A stretch of DNA of 63,137 nucleotides, the filler included, from Octopus bimaculoides (taxonomy: Eukaryota): assembly GCF_001194135.2 (NCBI RefSeq). It is 8 parts of 7 records of this genome, joined end to end, with 100 filler letters (N's around TTAATTAATTAA, not from the genome) between each part and the next. Parts side by side here need not be neighbours in the genome. Positions count along the whole stretch, not along the records: positions 61,039 to 63,137 come from NC_068999.1; 7 more parts are not named here. One strand, written 5' to 3'. Positions 62,470 to 63,137 of the stretch are shown piece after piece; positions within the stretch are counted from its first letter, which is position 1, and every line of letters starts with the position of its first letter. Below the pieces are notes generated by a model. That model was not told the origin of the DNA and made no database searches. It saw only the letters and a list, made by a program, of their open reading frames with translations. The position numbers and the translations under genes are program-made.

Positions 62470-62751
62470 TATGTGATTTGTAGGATGAAATGCTTGAGGC
62501 CTGCAGGCCTGGTCAGCCATCAGAGAACTCACAGGAATCAGCCCCTTGTAAATTGTGATATGGTTACTGTTCACAACAGAGCATGCGCAACCTGTGGAAA
62601 GGTGTTCCTCTCAGTTGGAGGATTGAAAAAGCATATCAAAAGACTTCATACTGCGGCACCTGTTCCTTCTAGCGGCCACCATAGCTGTGCATAATGCAAG
62701 AGAATGTGCAAATCGTTGGCCGAGCTCAAGGGTCATACAAGAGCCTCACAT
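62470..62751 (+). pseudogene. Three C2H2 zinc fingers, two damaged; probably a LINE ORF2 C-terminal remnant
   Basis: YVICRMKCLRPAGLVSHQRTH (first Cys changed to Tyr), CATCGKVFLSVGGLKKHIKRLH (intact) and CA*CKRMCKSLAELKGHTRASH (stop). The linkers are long and are not TGEKP, and the region is flanked by (TATG)n and (TA)n. Confidence 0.65.
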
Positions 62752-62869
62752 TGCAGCATCAATGACTCATTTCAAGGATTCATTCTAGCAATAGATTTTC
62801 TAGTGTACGAGAAAGCTGCTACCATATGTACATGTATATACGTATGTATATGTATATATGTATGCATGT

Positions 62870-63137
62870 ATATATGTATATATGTATATATGTATATAAA
62901 GGGTATTATTCTGTAGTAATGCCCTTTATATATATATATAAGTATATTCTTGGGAATAGAAATTTCCCTTACGAATTTTTTTGCACACTAGCTTCCTGAT
63001 AAAATTCTTGTAAAAGATTTTATCCTTCTTTGATTTTATTAACCAAAAATATATGTATATATGTATATATGTATATAAAGGGTATTATTCTGTAGTAATG
63101 CCCTTTATATATATATATAAGTATATTCTTGGGAATA
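62870..63137. repeat. Direct duplication (~180-bp period) containing a small hairpin
   Basis: TATAAAGGGTATTATTCTGTAGTAATGCCCTTTATA...AAGTATATTCTTGGGAATA occurs at ~62893-62958 and ~63074-63137. Confidence 0.85.

Noticed and set aside
1-63137. CRISPR arrays, rRNA or prokaryotic-type operons
   Set aside because: No repeat-spacer arrays, rRNA-like sequence or dense long ORFs are present, and the recurring motifs are dispersed SINEs.

Overview
Eukaryotic, AT-rich, microsatellite-saturated DNA with many N gaps. The SINE, LINE and Penelope repertoire and the (TA)n/(CA)n load point to an octopus draft genome (inference). Seven identical 100-bp blocks (N44-TTAATTAATTAA-N44) look like artificial joins, so the window is probably eight separately assembled pieces, and adjacency across a spacer is unproven. 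No complete host gene can be supported, and almost every ORF in the supplied track is an N-gap or microsatellite artefact. What can be supported: decayed LINEs (CR1-like, RTE, I/Jockey-like), two mariner relics, Tigger-like MITEs and more than 25 tRNA-derived SINE copies. The supplied ORF track misses a Penelope-like element (PLE) component. It comprises a PLE reverse-transcriptase fragment (7795-8235, minus), a stop-free GIY-YIG endonuclease frame (53484-53939, plus), about ten hammerhead-ribozyme-like motifs, and four long foldback inverted repeats. Several hammerhead-like motifs have palindromic minimal stem III and an unusually long stem II, and three of the foldbacks carry them head-to-head. 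Other leads are a three-finger C2H2 remnant with LINE-type spacing (62470-62751), a signal-peptide-like mini-exon (55069-55140), and a CpG-poor 27-kb scaffold that probably lies inside an unidentified gene. All motif calls were made by eye and coordinates are approximate.
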